NCBI GenBank assembly: GCA_965224085.1
Contig: CBDCYI010000009.1
Coordinates: 256,001 to 320,000, forward strand
Direction: 5' to 3'
Source: Candidatus Marinacidobacterales bacterium
GTDB taxonomy: Bacteria > Acidobacteriota > Vicinamibacteria > Marinacidobacterales > SMYC01
Length of the DNA stretch: 64,000 nucleotides
Both the position numbers and the translations under genes were made by a program. How positions within the stretch are numbered: position 1 is the first letter of the stretch; each line of letters opens with the position of its first letter. Shown piece by piece: positions 48,001 to 57,459 of the stretch. A model generated the notes under the pieces. The model saw nothing but the letters and a program-made list of their open reading frames with translations. It was not told where the DNA came from and did no database searches.

Positions 48001-50472
48001 TATGACGAGGGGTATGAGCGCGGCCTCCACGACGCCGACGCGACGCTGATCTTGCAAAAGATCCTGGGCATGCACGAGACCGCGGATCTGCTTCGCTTCA
48101 CCCCGAACGCGCGCGCACTGGCTACCGTTTTCTGGGCGCTCTACGACGACCGGAAAAAGCGCGCGGCCTGGGAAAGCCAAGCTCGCAGCCTCGTCCGCCT
48201 CCGCACCCAATTCGAGCACACGGAGGCGATGACGGAGCTCGGTGGCGAGCTCAACGAAGCGATCGCGACCCATCTCGCCGAGATCGGGATCGATGTGCCG
48301 ACGCAGGCGTCCCGTCTAGCCGGCGCCTACCTGCTCGAAGAGATCGCGCGCGAGCCGCAGAAATTCGTCCTGAGCGCGGATGCAAACGAGCTCAAGCGCG
48401 CTTTCGAAAAGCACTTGCGTGAGTCCGGCGGCGACCGCGAGCTCGAACAGGACTTGCGCGCGCTCAGCGACACGCCCGTGCGCGCTTACGAGCTCACGGA
48501 GGCGTGGATGGCCGCCTTTCTCTCGAGCTCGGAAAACGGCGATCGCTTGGCTCGCTCTTCCCTCGAGGCCGTCGTCGCGCTTCTTTTCGAAGACAAAGTG
48601 AGCCGAGACACCTCGAGCGCGCAGTCCAAAGTCACGGTCGAGGGGCTCCTTGGCCAGCACCCCCGCATGCCGCAAGGCCGTATGGAGCTCCATCTAGACG
48701 AATTCCTCTCGCGGCTCGGCCATTTTCGACATCGACAAGTCAGAGGCTTCAGAGAGTTCCAAAAAGCCCGCCACGACGTGCTCGAGCACGAGCGTGAGAA
48801 TCTACGTCTCGACGAGTACAAGCCCAAGGTCATGTCGTCTTTCGTGCGCAACCGGCTCATCAACGACGTGTATCTACCGCTCATCGGCGACAACCTCGCG
48901 AAACAGATGGGGGCTCTCGGCGACGCCAAGCGCACCGACCTCATGGGGATGCTTCTCCTCATCTCACCTCCGGGCTACGGCAAGACGACTTTGATGGAGT
49001 ACCTCGCCAACCGGCTCGGCCTCGTCTTCATGAAGATTAACGGCCCCGCCCTCGGCCACTCGGTCACATCGCTAGATCCAGGCGAAGCACCGAACGCCAC
49101 CGCGCGCCAGGAGGTCAACAAGCTCAACCTCGCTTTCGAGATGGGCAACAACGTCCTTCTCTACATCGACGACATCCAGCACACCCATCCCGAATTTCTC
49201 CAGAAATTCATCTCGCTCTGCGACGCACAGCGAAAAGTGGAAGGTGTTTGGAAAGGTCGGACGCGCACTTACGATCTGCGCGGCAAGAAGTTCGTCGTGT
49301 GCATGGCGGGAAACCCTTACACGGAATCCGGCGAAAAATTCCAAATCCCAGACATGCTCGCGAACCGCGCCGATACCTACAATCTAGGCGACATCCTCGA
49401 AGGCAAAGACGACTTCTTCGCGCTTTCCTACATCGAGAACGCGCTCACGTCGAACGCCGTCCTCGCGCCCCTCACGACGCGCGAGCAAAGCGATATCGAG
49501 TTGCTCGTGCGCATGGCGAATGGCGAGGCGATTCAAGCGGATCAGTTGAAGCACGGCTACTCCGCCGTCGAGATCGGCGAGATCCAGTCCGTTTTGAAGA
49601 AGCTTCTCAAAGTCCAGCAGGTGCTCCTCGCGATCAACCAGCAATATATTCGCTCGGCGTCGCAAGAAGACGCCTATCGCACCGAGCCGCCTTTCAAGCT
49701 CCAGGGGAGCTACCGCAACATGAACAAGCTCGCTGAGAAGATCGTGGCCGCGATGAACGACGACGAGCTCGAAAGCCTCATCGACGACCACTATCTCGGC
49801 GAATCGCAGACTTTGACGACGGGCGCCGAAGAGAACCTTCTCAAGCTTGCCGAGATGCGCAGCCGGATGAGCGAGAGCCAGAAGGCACGCTGGGAGGAGA
49901 TCAAAAGCGGTTTCGTTCGAGTGCAACGCATGGGGGGCGGCGACGACGACCCCGCGACGAGGCTCACGGGACAGCTCAGCCTGGTCTCCGAGCATCTCGA
50001 AGACATCGGTCAGAGCATCGAGCGCGCCGCCTCGAGTGCTGCTTCTCGCCCGCAAGCGATCTCGGCGGATCCCGACCTCAGCGCGTTCACCGCGCGGGAC
50101 GTCGAGGTCAAGCTCGACCTCGCTCCCTATATCGACAAGCTCCACGAGCTTCTCGAGGCCTTCCAGAACGGGCAAACACAACTCGCCGCCGCACCGCAGA
50201 TCAAGGGCGAGGCCCAGGCGCCGCCAGCGGATTACGAGCTCATCTCACGCGAGTCCTACCTCATCGAAGGCACCCTCATCCCGTTGATGCGCTTCATGGC
50301 GCATCGCTTCCGGGGCTATCGCGGGGTGGACGACCCGAAAATCAAAGCGCTCATACAGAGACTCGAATATGTCGACGATCTCCAGGAGCTCGTCAACGCG
50401 CTCGAGAAAATCAACGTCTCCGCCCTCTCGAACATAACCGACGAAGAGGAGACGGACGAGGCCTCGACATGA
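45100..50472 (+). CDS. 1790-aa coiled-coil AAA ATPase (family often labelled 'DNA repair ATPase', DUF3686-like)
   Basis: GTYEIIRDRL, RTENNCIPRD, SPNGEDVLY, Walker A PPGYGKT, Walker B LYIDDIQH, MAGNPYTESG. Confidence 0.85.
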   Translation: MSTDVQQQPEIERGTYEIIRDRLLGHGKTLAEKADGLNRKRLEIFGGTELAVLGNERIRTENNCIPRDIKEVGNHLLFGYNVFIGLKRETRVEDVFSLHSYEKTEDGFVFRKVEKNSPDYFLSDVKFLEEFHELYHYYKNTKLLQLRRVSEKLLAVFQIGEKIEDVRVFRWAISTDGAVTYIDNRGERDHVFPRTHDFEWTLTAREEHVQGRHPHVNILDEVFVETVGGDLTIKVENNTEDGQGIYREPVLDADQSLDDAEVHYAEVGTLILLKMLPYRETDYRYLVFNTRTNHVDRIDAIGQSCVQLPEDHGVIFPGGYYLKSGHTKSFERDFRGMEFLRRLRSPNGEDVLYAFHERESGRTILLPYNMIRKEVDNPLNCHGFSLYPDGTLVVFRAGDDEPKRVHGMQVWRTPFLSEEAVQSRPPTGSFLEKVGNAELVRGVSDCLSIRRMVDEQEPTRQKYEDLVAAAARVIDSYYWLDNPEIGDLREPLRNVHESAESIIDEFEKVEALRAQARRTLDEAGEKVQEIFRTIYPDSWTSIDQYVACLASLRSARGHLITLRETRYVDLARIDTVEAEIVERFDNVSERAVEFLLQDEALLPYQERAGALEDGVPGLSKVTEANAHQDALQEFGDSLDLLTDVVSSLEIDDATVRTQILGNISEILGSLNRVRALITNRRKELLGKEGIAEFGVQFQLLSQSVTSALSLSDTPEKCDEQLSKLMLQLEDLETRFSEYEEFTDELTTKREEIYEAFSSKKQSLVDRRQRRAQNLMQAAERILGSVTRRAETFETADDLNAYFAADAMVAKLRSTSNNLRELGDSVHADEIDGRLKAAKEDAARGLRDRQEIYEDGANVIKLGRHRFSVNTQPLELTMVPRDDAMAFHLTGTGFYEQVDDETFGKTQDFWSQELVSETRSVYRGEYLAYCVLEDAELGDSELSLKKLLQATRGEGALLGIIRDYAALRYDEGYERGLHDADATLILQKILGMHETADLLRFTPNARALATVFWALYDDRKKRAAWESQARSLVRLRTQFEHTEAMTELGGELNEAIATHLAEIGIDVPTQASRLAGAYLLEEIAREPQKFVLSADANELKRAFEKHLRESGGDRELEQDLRALSDTPVRAYELTEAWMAAFLSSSENGDRLARSSLEAVVALLFEDKVSRDTSSAQSKVTVEGLLGQHPRMPQGRMELHLDEFLSRLGHFRHRQVRGFREFQKARHDVLEHERENLRLDEYKPKVMSSFVRNRLINDVYLPLIGDNLAKQMGALGDAKRTDLMGMLLLISPPGYGKTTLMEYLANRLGLVFMKINGPALGHSVTSLDPGEAPNATARQEVNKLNLAFEMGNNVLLYIDDIQHTHPEFLQKFISLCDAQRKVEGVWKGRTRTYDLRGKKFVVCMAGNPYTESGEKFQIPDMLANRADTYNLGDILEGKDDFFALSYIENALTSNAVLAPLTTREQSDIELLVRMANGEAIQADQLKHGYSAVEIGEIQSVLKKLLKVQQVLLAINQQYIRSASQEDAYRTEPPFKLQGSYRNMNKLAEKIVAAMNDDELESLIDDHYLGESQTLTTGAEENLLKLAEMRSRMSESQKARWEEIKSGFVRVQRMGGGDDDPATRLTGQLSLVSEHLEDIGQSIERAASSAASRPQAISADPDLSAFTARDVEVKLDLAPYIDKLHELLEAFQNGQTQLAAAPQIKGEAQAPPADYELISRESYLIEGTLIPLMRFMAHRFRGYRGVDDPKIKALIQRLEYVDDLQELVNALEKINVSALSNITDEEETDEAST

Positions 50473-50493
50473 ACGCGCTAGACCTGCGCGCCA

Positions 50494-50502
50494 TGTTACG
50501 AT
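50494..50502 (+). promoter_or_regulatory. Possible extended -10 promoter for pspA-AAA-ykgJ
   Basis: TGnTACGAT in the 61-bp gap, upstream of RBS AAGGGAG. Confidence 0.4.
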
Positions 50503-50533
50503 TCCCAAAACCGGTTCTCACCGAAGGGAGTTC

Positions 50534-51292
50534 GTGATGGGGTTATTCGAGCGGATCCGAGCGGTCTGGTACGCCATAATCAACAAATCCGTCACTGAGA
50601 TGGAGGACGCGCACGTGATCGCACTCGCGGAGCACAAGCTCCAGCAGGCCACCGAGCGACTGAAAGAGGCGCGCCAAGGCTTGATCAGCTATCAAGCACT
50701 CGTTTTGAAAGTCGAAGGGCAAGTCGGAAGCGAAAAGTCGCGCATCGCGAGCGTCACCGGGCAGATCAAGAACCACTTGAAGGCCAATCAGGAAGAGATG
50801 GCCGGCCAGCTCGCTCTCGAGCTCGCTCGGGTCAAAGGCGAGCTCGAAAGCAACACCGAGCAGCTCGCACAACATCGCGAGAGCTACGAGAACAACCTTC
50901 TGAAGATGAAAGCGGCGCTCAAGGACATCGAGACGGCCAAGCAGGACCTCGACAAGAAGAAAGCCGCGCTTCAGATGGAGAAGGCTTTGGCCGAAGTCTC
51001 CGAGACCGCCGGCGCGCTCAACACCCAGTTCGATGTTTCTTCCGACATCGGCTCGATCCTGAGCCGCGTCGACGACCAGATCAATAAAGCCAAAGCGCGC
51101 TCGAAGGTCGCCTCCGATCTGAGCGATCAAGGCATCGATCAGCTCAAAGCGAAGCAATCGGCAGACAAGGCCGAAGCTCAGGAGCTTCTCGCGCAGTTCA
51201 AGATCGAGCAGGGGCTCGCCGAGCCGTCTTCAGAAGCAAGTGAGAAAACTGTAGGACCGCAGAGAGAAGCCACGCCAGAGTCCGGTGAATAG
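50534..51292 (+). CDS. PspA/IM30 (ESCRT-III-like) family protein
   Basis: Amphipathic MGLFERIRAVW N-terminus, all-helical coiled coil of ~250 aa, LALELAR, KARSKVASDL, C-terminal AQELLAQFK helix. Confidence 0.8.
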   Translation: MMGLFERIRAVWYAIINKSVTEMEDAHVIALAEHKLQQATERLKEARQGLISYQALVLKVEGQVGSEKSRIASVTGQIKNHLKANQEEMAGQLALELARVKGELESNTEQLAQHRESYENNLLKMKAALKDIETAKQDLDKKKAALQMEKALAEVSETAGALNTQFDVSSDIGSILSRVDDQINKAKARSKVASDLSDQGIDQLKAKQSADKAEAQELLAQFKIEQGLAEPSSEASEKTVGPQREATPESGE

Positions 51293-53006
51293 CCCTTTGG
51301 GAAGCGGCGCGCCCACTTGGGCGCGGGAGCTTGCCTCGAGCTATGTCAGTGGGGCTGCAAGCGTCTTCCTTCTCTATGGAAACGTCCACGACCTCGTTCC
51401 GGTCACGGACTCGGACGAGTTCATCTCGCTCGACGACTATCTCGCCACGCAGCTCTTCGGCCAACGGGACATCGTTCTCGCCTACGATCGCGGTAGCGGC
51501 ATCCGCTTTCTCGCTCCCGGGGATGCCGACCGTCGGGCGTCCATGCAAGAGGACTTTTACAAGACGCTCAAAGCCGTGGACTCGGTAAGCGGCACAAGCT
51601 TCGCGAGCTCGAGGCCTAAAGATCCCAAAGTCGTGTTCGAGCTCCTCGACCGCTACATCCTCCACAAGCTCGTCGAAACGCCTGCAGACGGCAATCGCAA
51701 GAGCCTCGCGATCGTGATCTGCTATGTCGAGACCATCACGCCGGCCGTCGATGGCTCGTGGCTCACGGGCGAGCTCGGCGCCAACCTCATCAAAGTGCTC
51801 AATTGGGCCAACGACCCTGGGATTCGAAGCGCTGATGTGACGCTTTGTCTCGTCACGGAGAACCTCGGCGACGTAAACCGCCGCCTCGTCGAGAACCCAT
51901 TCATCTCTAAAGTAGACGTCGAGCTCCCGGACGAGACGACGCGTGAGCGCTACGCGAGGCATTTGTTGAAAGACGCAGCAATGGCGAAGACGGTGGCCCG
52001 TGAAGGCAACGGGCTGACGCTCGTCGGTCTCGCACAGGCGGTCAGTGGCTCCGTCGAGCTCGCCAATTTGCAAGCGGCCAAAAAGGAGCTCATCGAGAAA
52101 CAGTGCTTCGGCCTCGTCGAGTTCGTTGCTCCGAGCTACGACCTCGACATGGTTGTCGCGCCCGAGGCAGTCAAAGACCGCCTCGAGCAAGACGTGTCGC
52201 TATTCAAGAAGGGACGGCTCGAAGCGCTCCCGATGGGCTATCTCCTCTGCGGGGTCATCGGCACCGGCAAGACATTTACGGCAACATGCTTTGCAGGAAG
52301 CCTCGGCATCCCAACGATCGTCTTCAAGAACCTCCGCAGCAAGTGGGTCGGAAGCTCCGAAGGCAATCTCCAAAAAGTGCTCTCGGTGATCAAAGCCCTC
52401 GGCCCCGTCGTCGTCGTCGTCGATGAAGCCGATGCCGCGCTGGGAAGCCGCGGGTCGAGCGGGGACAGCGGCACGTCGAGCCGCATGTTCGCGATGATCT
52501 CGTCACTCATGAGCGACACCGGTTACCGGGGGCGCATCCTGTGGATGCTCCTCACTTGCCGTCCTGACATGTTGCCCGTCGATTTGAAGCGGCAAGGTCG
52601 CTGCGAGGTCCACATCCCGCTCTTCCCGCCCGAGACTGAGAAGGCCCGCCACCAAATGTTTCTCGCGATGGCGCGCACAAACGGCGTCGCGATCGCTCCC
52701 AGCGACGTTCCCACCCTGCCGGAAGAGCTCTCGGGCGCGGACATCGAAAGTCTGCTCGTGCAATGCGTCCGCCGCGCCGCGATCGCGGGCGCTGCTTCGC
52801 TCTCCGCCGCGCATATCCGTGACACGCTTGCCCACTTTCGATCACCGGATTATGGTCTCGAGAAGGAGCTGCAGCAGCTCGTCGCCATCCGCGAGAGCAC
52901 CGACCCCAACTTCATCCCAAAGCGACTGCGAACGCGTTACGGAGCGCCGGACAAGGCGATAGCCCTCGAGCACCGCATTCAGGAGATCGCAGCACTTCTC
53001 CAATGA
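51285..53006 (+). CDS. Classical-clade AAA ATPase (degenerate N-terminal AAA-like domain plus one active domain)
   Basis: FLLYGNVHD N-domain; GVIGTGKT, SKWVGSSEGNL, VVDEAD, LKRQGR; overlaps the pspA stop. Confidence 0.88.
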   Translation: MNSPLGSGAPTWARELASSYVSGAASVFLLYGNVHDLVPVTDSDEFISLDDYLATQLFGQRDIVLAYDRGSGIRFLAPGDADRRASMQEDFYKTLKAVDSVSGTSFASSRPKDPKVVFELLDRYILHKLVETPADGNRKSLAIVICYVETITPAVDGSWLTGELGANLIKVLNWANDPGIRSADVTLCLVTENLGDVNRRLVENPFISKVDVELPDETTRERYARHLLKDAAMAKTVAREGNGLTLVGLAQAVSGSVELANLQAAKKELIEKQCFGLVEFVAPSYDLDMVVAPEAVKDRLEQDVSLFKKGRLEALPMGYLLCGVIGTGKTFTATCFAGSLGIPTIVFKNLRSKWVGSSEGNLQKVLSVIKALGPVVVVVDEADAALGSRGSSGDSGTSSRMFAMISSLMSDTGYRGRILWMLLTCRPDMLPVDLKRQGRCEVHIPLFPPETEKARHQMFLAMARTNGVAIAPSDVPTLPEELSGADIESLLVQCVRRAAIAGAASLSAAHIRDTLAHFRSPDYGLEKELQQLVAIRESTDPNFIPKRLRTRYGAPDKAIALEHRIQEIAALLQ

Positions 53007-53512
53007 AAGACGGCCTCGTTCGCAGACAAGTCAAGCGCATCGGCCTCGGCGTCTTCCACGCGCGTCTGTTTCTTCACCGCCTTCAGGCCGACACGCGTTA
53101 CGAGCTCGGCGGCGAGTGCATCCGCTGCGGCAAATGTTGCTTGGAGCCAGGAATTCAAGTCGGCCGCATCGCTTGGTACCTCCCCGGCTGCCGGCGGGTC
53201 TTTCTCTGGTGGCACCGAGTTGTCAACGGCTTCACGCTCAAGGAGGCCCGGCGGGAAGACCGCGTGTTCATTTTTGAGTGCAGCCATTTCGACTGGGCGT
53301 CGCGGAGCTGCGACAGCTACCACTCCCGGCCCGGAATGTGCCGCGACTACCCGCGCCTGTTCCTCGAACAGGCCAACCCCGAGTTTTTCGACGAGTGCGG
53401 TTTCAAAGCGCTCGCTCGAGGCCGGGACAGCCTCATCCAAATTCTCGAGAAAGAATCTCTTACGCCGCAGCAGCTGGCCAAGCTGAAAAAAGGCCTTTAT
53501 CTCGAAGATTGA
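53003..53512 (+). CDS. YkgJ-family cysteine-cluster (Fe-S/Zn) protein
   Basis: CIRCGKCC...CSHF...C..Y..RPGMCRDYP; ATGA overlap with the AAA gene. Confidence 0.85.
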   Translation: MKDGLVRRQVKRIGLGVFHARLFLHRLQADTRYELGGECIRCGKCCLEPGIQVGRIAWYLPGCRRVFLWWHRVVNGFTLKEARREDRVFIFECSHFDWASRSCDSYHSRPGMCRDYPRLFLEQANPEFFDECGFKALARGRDSLIQILEKESLTPQQLAKLKKGLYLED

Positions 53513-53622
53513 GATGAAAGGCTTGCTGCCGCGATTCGACTCGGTTACATTAGAGGTTGAGCCCTCTCCACACACAAGAAAGCCAAAGCTCTGCCGGCCT
53601 TGCTTAGGGGTGTCGGAACCGC

Positions 53623-54255
53623 ATGCGTAGACTGAAGATCCGGAGTTATCTCGCCACCGGTCTACTAGTCTGGATTCCGCTCGCCGTGACCCTCTTCGTC
53701 CTCCGGGTGCTGATAAATTTGATGGATCAGTCCCTCCTGCTGATCCCGCCGTCGTTGCGTCCTGAGAATCTATTGGGGTTCAGCATCCCGGGCCTGGGCG
53801 TCATTCTCACGTTCACGCTCGTCACCGTGACCGGTTTTTTGGCCGCGAACTTTCTCGGCAAACGGCTATTGGCGACCTCGGAAGGGCTTCTCGCACGTAT
53901 CCCGCTTGTGAGCTGGGTCTATTCCGGCGTAAAGAAGGTGGCGGAAACGCTCTTGTCGCCGACGAGCGAGTCGTTTCGCAAAGTGCTCCTGATGGAGTAC
54001 CCTCGCAAAGGCATCTGGAGCGTCTGCTTTCAAACGTCGAGCGAGCTTGGCGAGATACAGATTCGTACGGGGAAGGAAGTGCTCTGCGTGTTCGTCCCCA
54101 CGACCCCGAACCCCACCTCTGGTTTCGTCATTTTCGTTCCCCGCGATGAGGTCATCGAGCTCGATATGACGGTCGACCAAGCATTGAGGATGATCATCTC
54201 GCTCGGCGTCGTGGTTCCCGAGTGGCGCCGCCGCGAGCTCATGCCGGTAGGTTGA
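53623..54255 (+). CDS. DUF502 membrane protein
   Basis: TGLLVWIPLAVT, RIPLV..VYSGVK, VFVPTTPNPTSGF. Confidence 0.92.
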   Translation: MRRLKIRSYLATGLLVWIPLAVTLFVLRVLINLMDQSLLLIPPSLRPENLLGFSIPGLGVILTFTLVTVTGFLAANFLGKRLLATSEGLLARIPLVSWVYSGVKKVAETLLSPTSESFRKVLLMEYPRKGIWSVCFQTSSELGEIQIRTGKEVLCVFVPTTPNPTSGFVIFVPRDEVIELDMTVDQALRMIISLGVVVPEWRRRELMPVG

Positions 54256-54452
54256 GCGCGATTCAGGGTTCCGCAATTCGGCGCGACGGCGACTAAACGC
54301 CCGGACGCCATAGGTACGCGATCCCAGCGACGGGAATTACCGCTCCCGCACTATCGCGGGACGCGAAGAGACGATCCGTCCTCTAGCCTGGCCGGAACTA
54401 GAAATACACACCGGCGATTTGCTTCCGTAGTGCGACCACGTCGCCCCACCGC

Positions 54453-55964
54453 CTATGGGGACCCGCCGACCAAGCTCAGGAAATCCGTCATCGGAACGAT
54501 GCGTCCGTGGACGGGCACGATCGTCTCAACGTCTAGGTTCAGCCGCTCTATGTTCTCGTAGAAGGTCACGTTGCTGGCATTGGGGCTCGCTGCCGGTGCG
54601 CCACGCGGCGAGTAGACGTCCGCCTCCATCACGATCTTTTCCTTCGGCAGATAGGCGATCAACATCCCCGCGACGTGAGCGAGACCTTGAACATGATGGA
54701 TTTCCATCGTGCGCACCCCGTCGCTCAAGACGTATTTCTCCCGTAACGTTTCGAACGTGTAGCCTTCCGCGGCCTCTTCCGGCGGATAGAGGGAGAGACG
54801 GTCCGGCTCCAAAATCCATGGACGCGCCGTCAAGATCTCTTCGTAATAAGCGCGATTGCCCTCGTGGCCAATGATGGTCGCGCCCTCGTGGACATAGGCG
54901 CGCATGCCGCCCAAGTGGTCCCAGTGGTGATGCGAGTTCACCAAGAAGCCGATCGGCTTTCCCGGAATGAGCTTTTGCACTTCCTCGATGACCGCGAGCG
55001 AGCGGCTTCCGTTTAAAGGGGCCTCGAAGACCACCGAGTAGTCCTGGAACTCGACGACGACGCTGTTGTGCGACGAGCCTCCCAGATACCACACCCCGTC
55101 CGCCAGCTCTCTCGAATCCACCCGGCGCGGTGGAACGGTTGCCCCCCGCACGGCGGCGGGGACGCTCGGAGCGGCGCCACTCACGTTCGCCTGAACGTCG
55201 CTCACGACGAGCCCAAAGGAATGGTCGCCGCCGCTGACGTTCGGTTTGCGCTCATTGTCGTCGTAATCGTGATGCTGGTGGAAACGGGTGGGAAACTTCA
55301 CCCCGTCGAAGTCGCGGTAGTCGGCATACATGGTCTCATAGTACATATCGCCGACGATGGGGTTGGGGATCCAGGTCTGAATTCGGACGACCTGGTTCTC
55401 GCTGTTGAATGTAGCGTTAACCCGGTACTTGCCGAGCGCTTCGAAGGAGACGATGGTCACGCGCTCTCCGTATTCTTCCCGCGAAATAGCGGTCGGGATC
55501 CCCACCATCGCTGCTTTGATGAAGCCGTGCGGGGTGAGCCAGATCTCGAGCTGTCGGACCTCCGCGGCAGCGGGCCTCGGAACCACATTGTCTCCTTGCA
55601 GGTTCCAAGCGAATGCGCCGCTCACGACGAACACCTCCCGCCGTTCCCCGACGATCGGCGTCCTGCCGCCGCCTCGTGAGCTGTAATTCCCCTGAACCCG
55701 GACCGTCTCTTCCTTCGAGCTCTTTGCCTCGAAGTCGATGGTCCGGGTGTAGCTCTTTACTTCGGTCCGCGGCCAATCCAGTTCCGGGCTGTAGTTTTGG
55801 CCCACCGCCCCTTTCCAACCGGTCCCGGAATAGCGAATCGATCTCAGGTTGGCGACACCTAACTCCTCTGCCGCGGCCCGCAAGACGTTGTGGGCATCTT
55901 GGGCGGCGACCGTCGCGGCCATAAAAACCAGCACGGCACCCAAAGCCAAACGCGTGTCTCTCAT
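54453..55964 (-). CDS. Secreted MBL-fold metallo-hydrolase
   Basis: Signal peptide; VNSHHHWDHLGG, AHVAGML, IVPVHG. Confidence 0.88.
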   Translation of the reverse strand: MRDTRLALGAVLVFMAATVAAQDAHNVLRAAAEELGVANLRSIRYSGTGWKGAVGQNYSPELDWPRTEVKSYTRTIDFEAKSSKEETVRVQGNYSSRGGGRTPIVGERREVFVVSGAFAWNLQGDNVVPRPAAAEVRQLEIWLTPHGFIKAAMVGIPTAISREEYGERVTIVSFEALGKYRVNATFNSENQVVRIQTWIPNPIVGDMYYETMYADYRDFDGVKFPTRFHQHHDYDDNERKPNVSGGDHSFGLVVSDVQANVSGAAPSVPAAVRGATVPPRRVDSRELADGVWYLGGSSHNSVVVEFQDYSVVFEAPLNGSRSLAVIEEVQKLIPGKPIGFLVNSHHHWDHLGGMRAYVHEGATIIGHEGNRAYYEEILTARPWILEPDRLSLYPPEEAAEGYTFETLREKYVLSDGVRTMEIHHVQGLAHVAGMLIAYLPKEKIVMEADVYSPRGAPAASPNASNVTFYENIERLNLDVETIVPVHGRIVPMTDFLSLVGGSP

Positions 55965-56048
55965 AGCGCCTCCATAATTGACCCAGATCAACATCCCCAC
56001 GCCCTCGACGCCAACGGGCGGGCGTTCCGAGCGACTAACGGGCGACGC

Positions 56049-56132
56049 CTAAAGTTTGTCCATCGCCGCCGCCATGTTGTCCATCGCGAGCTCGATGAGC
56101 TTGCGGGACGTTCCGAGGTTCATGCGCATGTG
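56049..56132 (-). pseudogene. C-terminal remnant resembling MalY/PatB PLP lyases
   Basis: HMRMNLGTSRKLIELAMDNMAAAM resembles the RxNxA(T)xRxxLxxA tail; the rest of the gene is absent. Confidence 0.5.
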
Positions 56133-56318
56133 TAACATTTTTGTAATCCCTCCTGATCGCAGCCATGGCGACGCCCCAGCCCTGCCAGCGAACTCCTGGC
56201 CGCTCATTATAGCTATCGACTGGATGTTGCGCACTGCTAGACTTAGACTAAACATCGTCTTCGCAGGCCCGTAACCAAGGAAACCGTTGAGCCATCAAAC
56301 GGACGGGGGAAACGCCTT

Positions 56319-57323
56319 ATGAAAGTGACGCATGCGAAACAAGCTGCGGAAGCGATTGGCTTTGCGATGTCTCTGCTGCTTTGCACTTCGATGTCTCTAC
56401 GTGCACAACCCGAGGCATACAGAGCGGAGAACACCAAGCGACTGCTCGATCGTGTTCGTGCGGCGCCCAGATTGACTCTCGACATGGCGCAAATCGTCGT
56501 ACAACCGCCTCGCCAAGGCTGGGCGCTGGGGCGAGTTTCGTCCGTAGCGGCAGGTTCAAACGGTCTGATCTATGTGCTTCACCGGCTCCCGGACGCCGAT
56601 GCCGTCGTCGTCCTCGACCGTACGGGCAATGTGCGGAGAAGTTGGGGGAAGGGGCTCTATTCCATCCCGCACAGTATACGCGTCGATCGGTCCGGAAATG
56701 TTTGGACCGTCGATTCCGGAAACTCACATATCTATAAATTCACCCCGGACGGCGAACAACTTCTTCACATCGACGTAGGTCAGATGCCTGATAGCGACCG
56801 GCCGTTCCGTGGAGCGGCCGACATAGCCTTTGCGTCCGACGGCCACCTCTTTGTTGCCGATGGTTACGGTAACTCACGCGTGCTCGAATACGATGCAGCG
56901 GGCCGACCTATTCGGGAATGGGGCAAGCTCGACATGGGTGAGCCGAACGCCGGCCCCGGCGAGTTCCGGCTCGTCCACGGAATAGCCTTGGATAGCGAAG
57001 ACATCGTCTATGTGGCCGATCGTGAGAACGGCCGCATTCAGCTTTTTTCGCGCGACGGTACGTATCTCGGAATGTGGGATGGGCTCGGCCGCGTCTATTC
57101 GCTTTTTTTCGATGGCGACGTGATGTGGGCAGGGGTTCAACGGCTGGATCAACCAACCGGTTCACAAGGATGGCTGCTCAGGCTAAACATTGATGACGGT
57201 ACGATAGCCGACTTGATAGCCGCTCCCGAAACCCATTCCGTTTCTGTGACCCGTCAAGGAGAGCCGCTGATCGGTGTGCGGCCGAACCGGGTTTTCTGGT
57301 ACCAACATCCTCCGAACCACTGA
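56319..57323 (+). CDS. NHL-repeat beta-propeller, PAL-like (peptidyl-alpha-hydroxyglycine lyase family)
   Basis: IPHSIRVD, FVADGYGNSRV, LVHGIAL, YVADRENGRIQ, ETHSVSV; signal peptide. Confidence 0.85.
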   Translation: MKVTHAKQAAEAIGFAMSLLLCTSMSLRAQPEAYRAENTKRLLDRVRAAPRLTLDMAQIVVQPPRQGWALGRVSSVAAGSNGLIYVLHRLPDADAVVVLDRTGNVRRSWGKGLYSIPHSIRVDRSGNVWTVDSGNSHIYKFTPDGEQLLHIDVGQMPDSDRPFRGAADIAFASDGHLFVADGYGNSRVLEYDAAGRPIREWGKLDMGEPNAGPGEFRLVHGIALDSEDIVYVADRENGRIQLFSRDGTYLGMWDGLGRVYSLFFDGDVMWAGVQRLDQPTGSQGWLLRLNIDDGTIADLIAAPETHSVSVTRQGEPLIGVRPNRVFWYQHPPNH

Positions 57324-57459
57324 GTTTCGATCACAAGCAGCCGGGTTTCCACTGTCGAGGTTCGCCGCCTTCGACTTTGGGTCGCCACATCGTTTCCATC
57401 ACCAAGTTCATATCAACGCGTTCGTAGCCCCACTTCGGTTTGCCCTCCAACCTTCGAGC

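Noticed and set aside
9493-53006. Very frequent CTCGAG/GAGCTC/TCGA words as a HIP1-like repeat
   Set aside because: Explicable by CTC/GTC/ATC plus GAG codon preference; a codon-controlled count would be needed.
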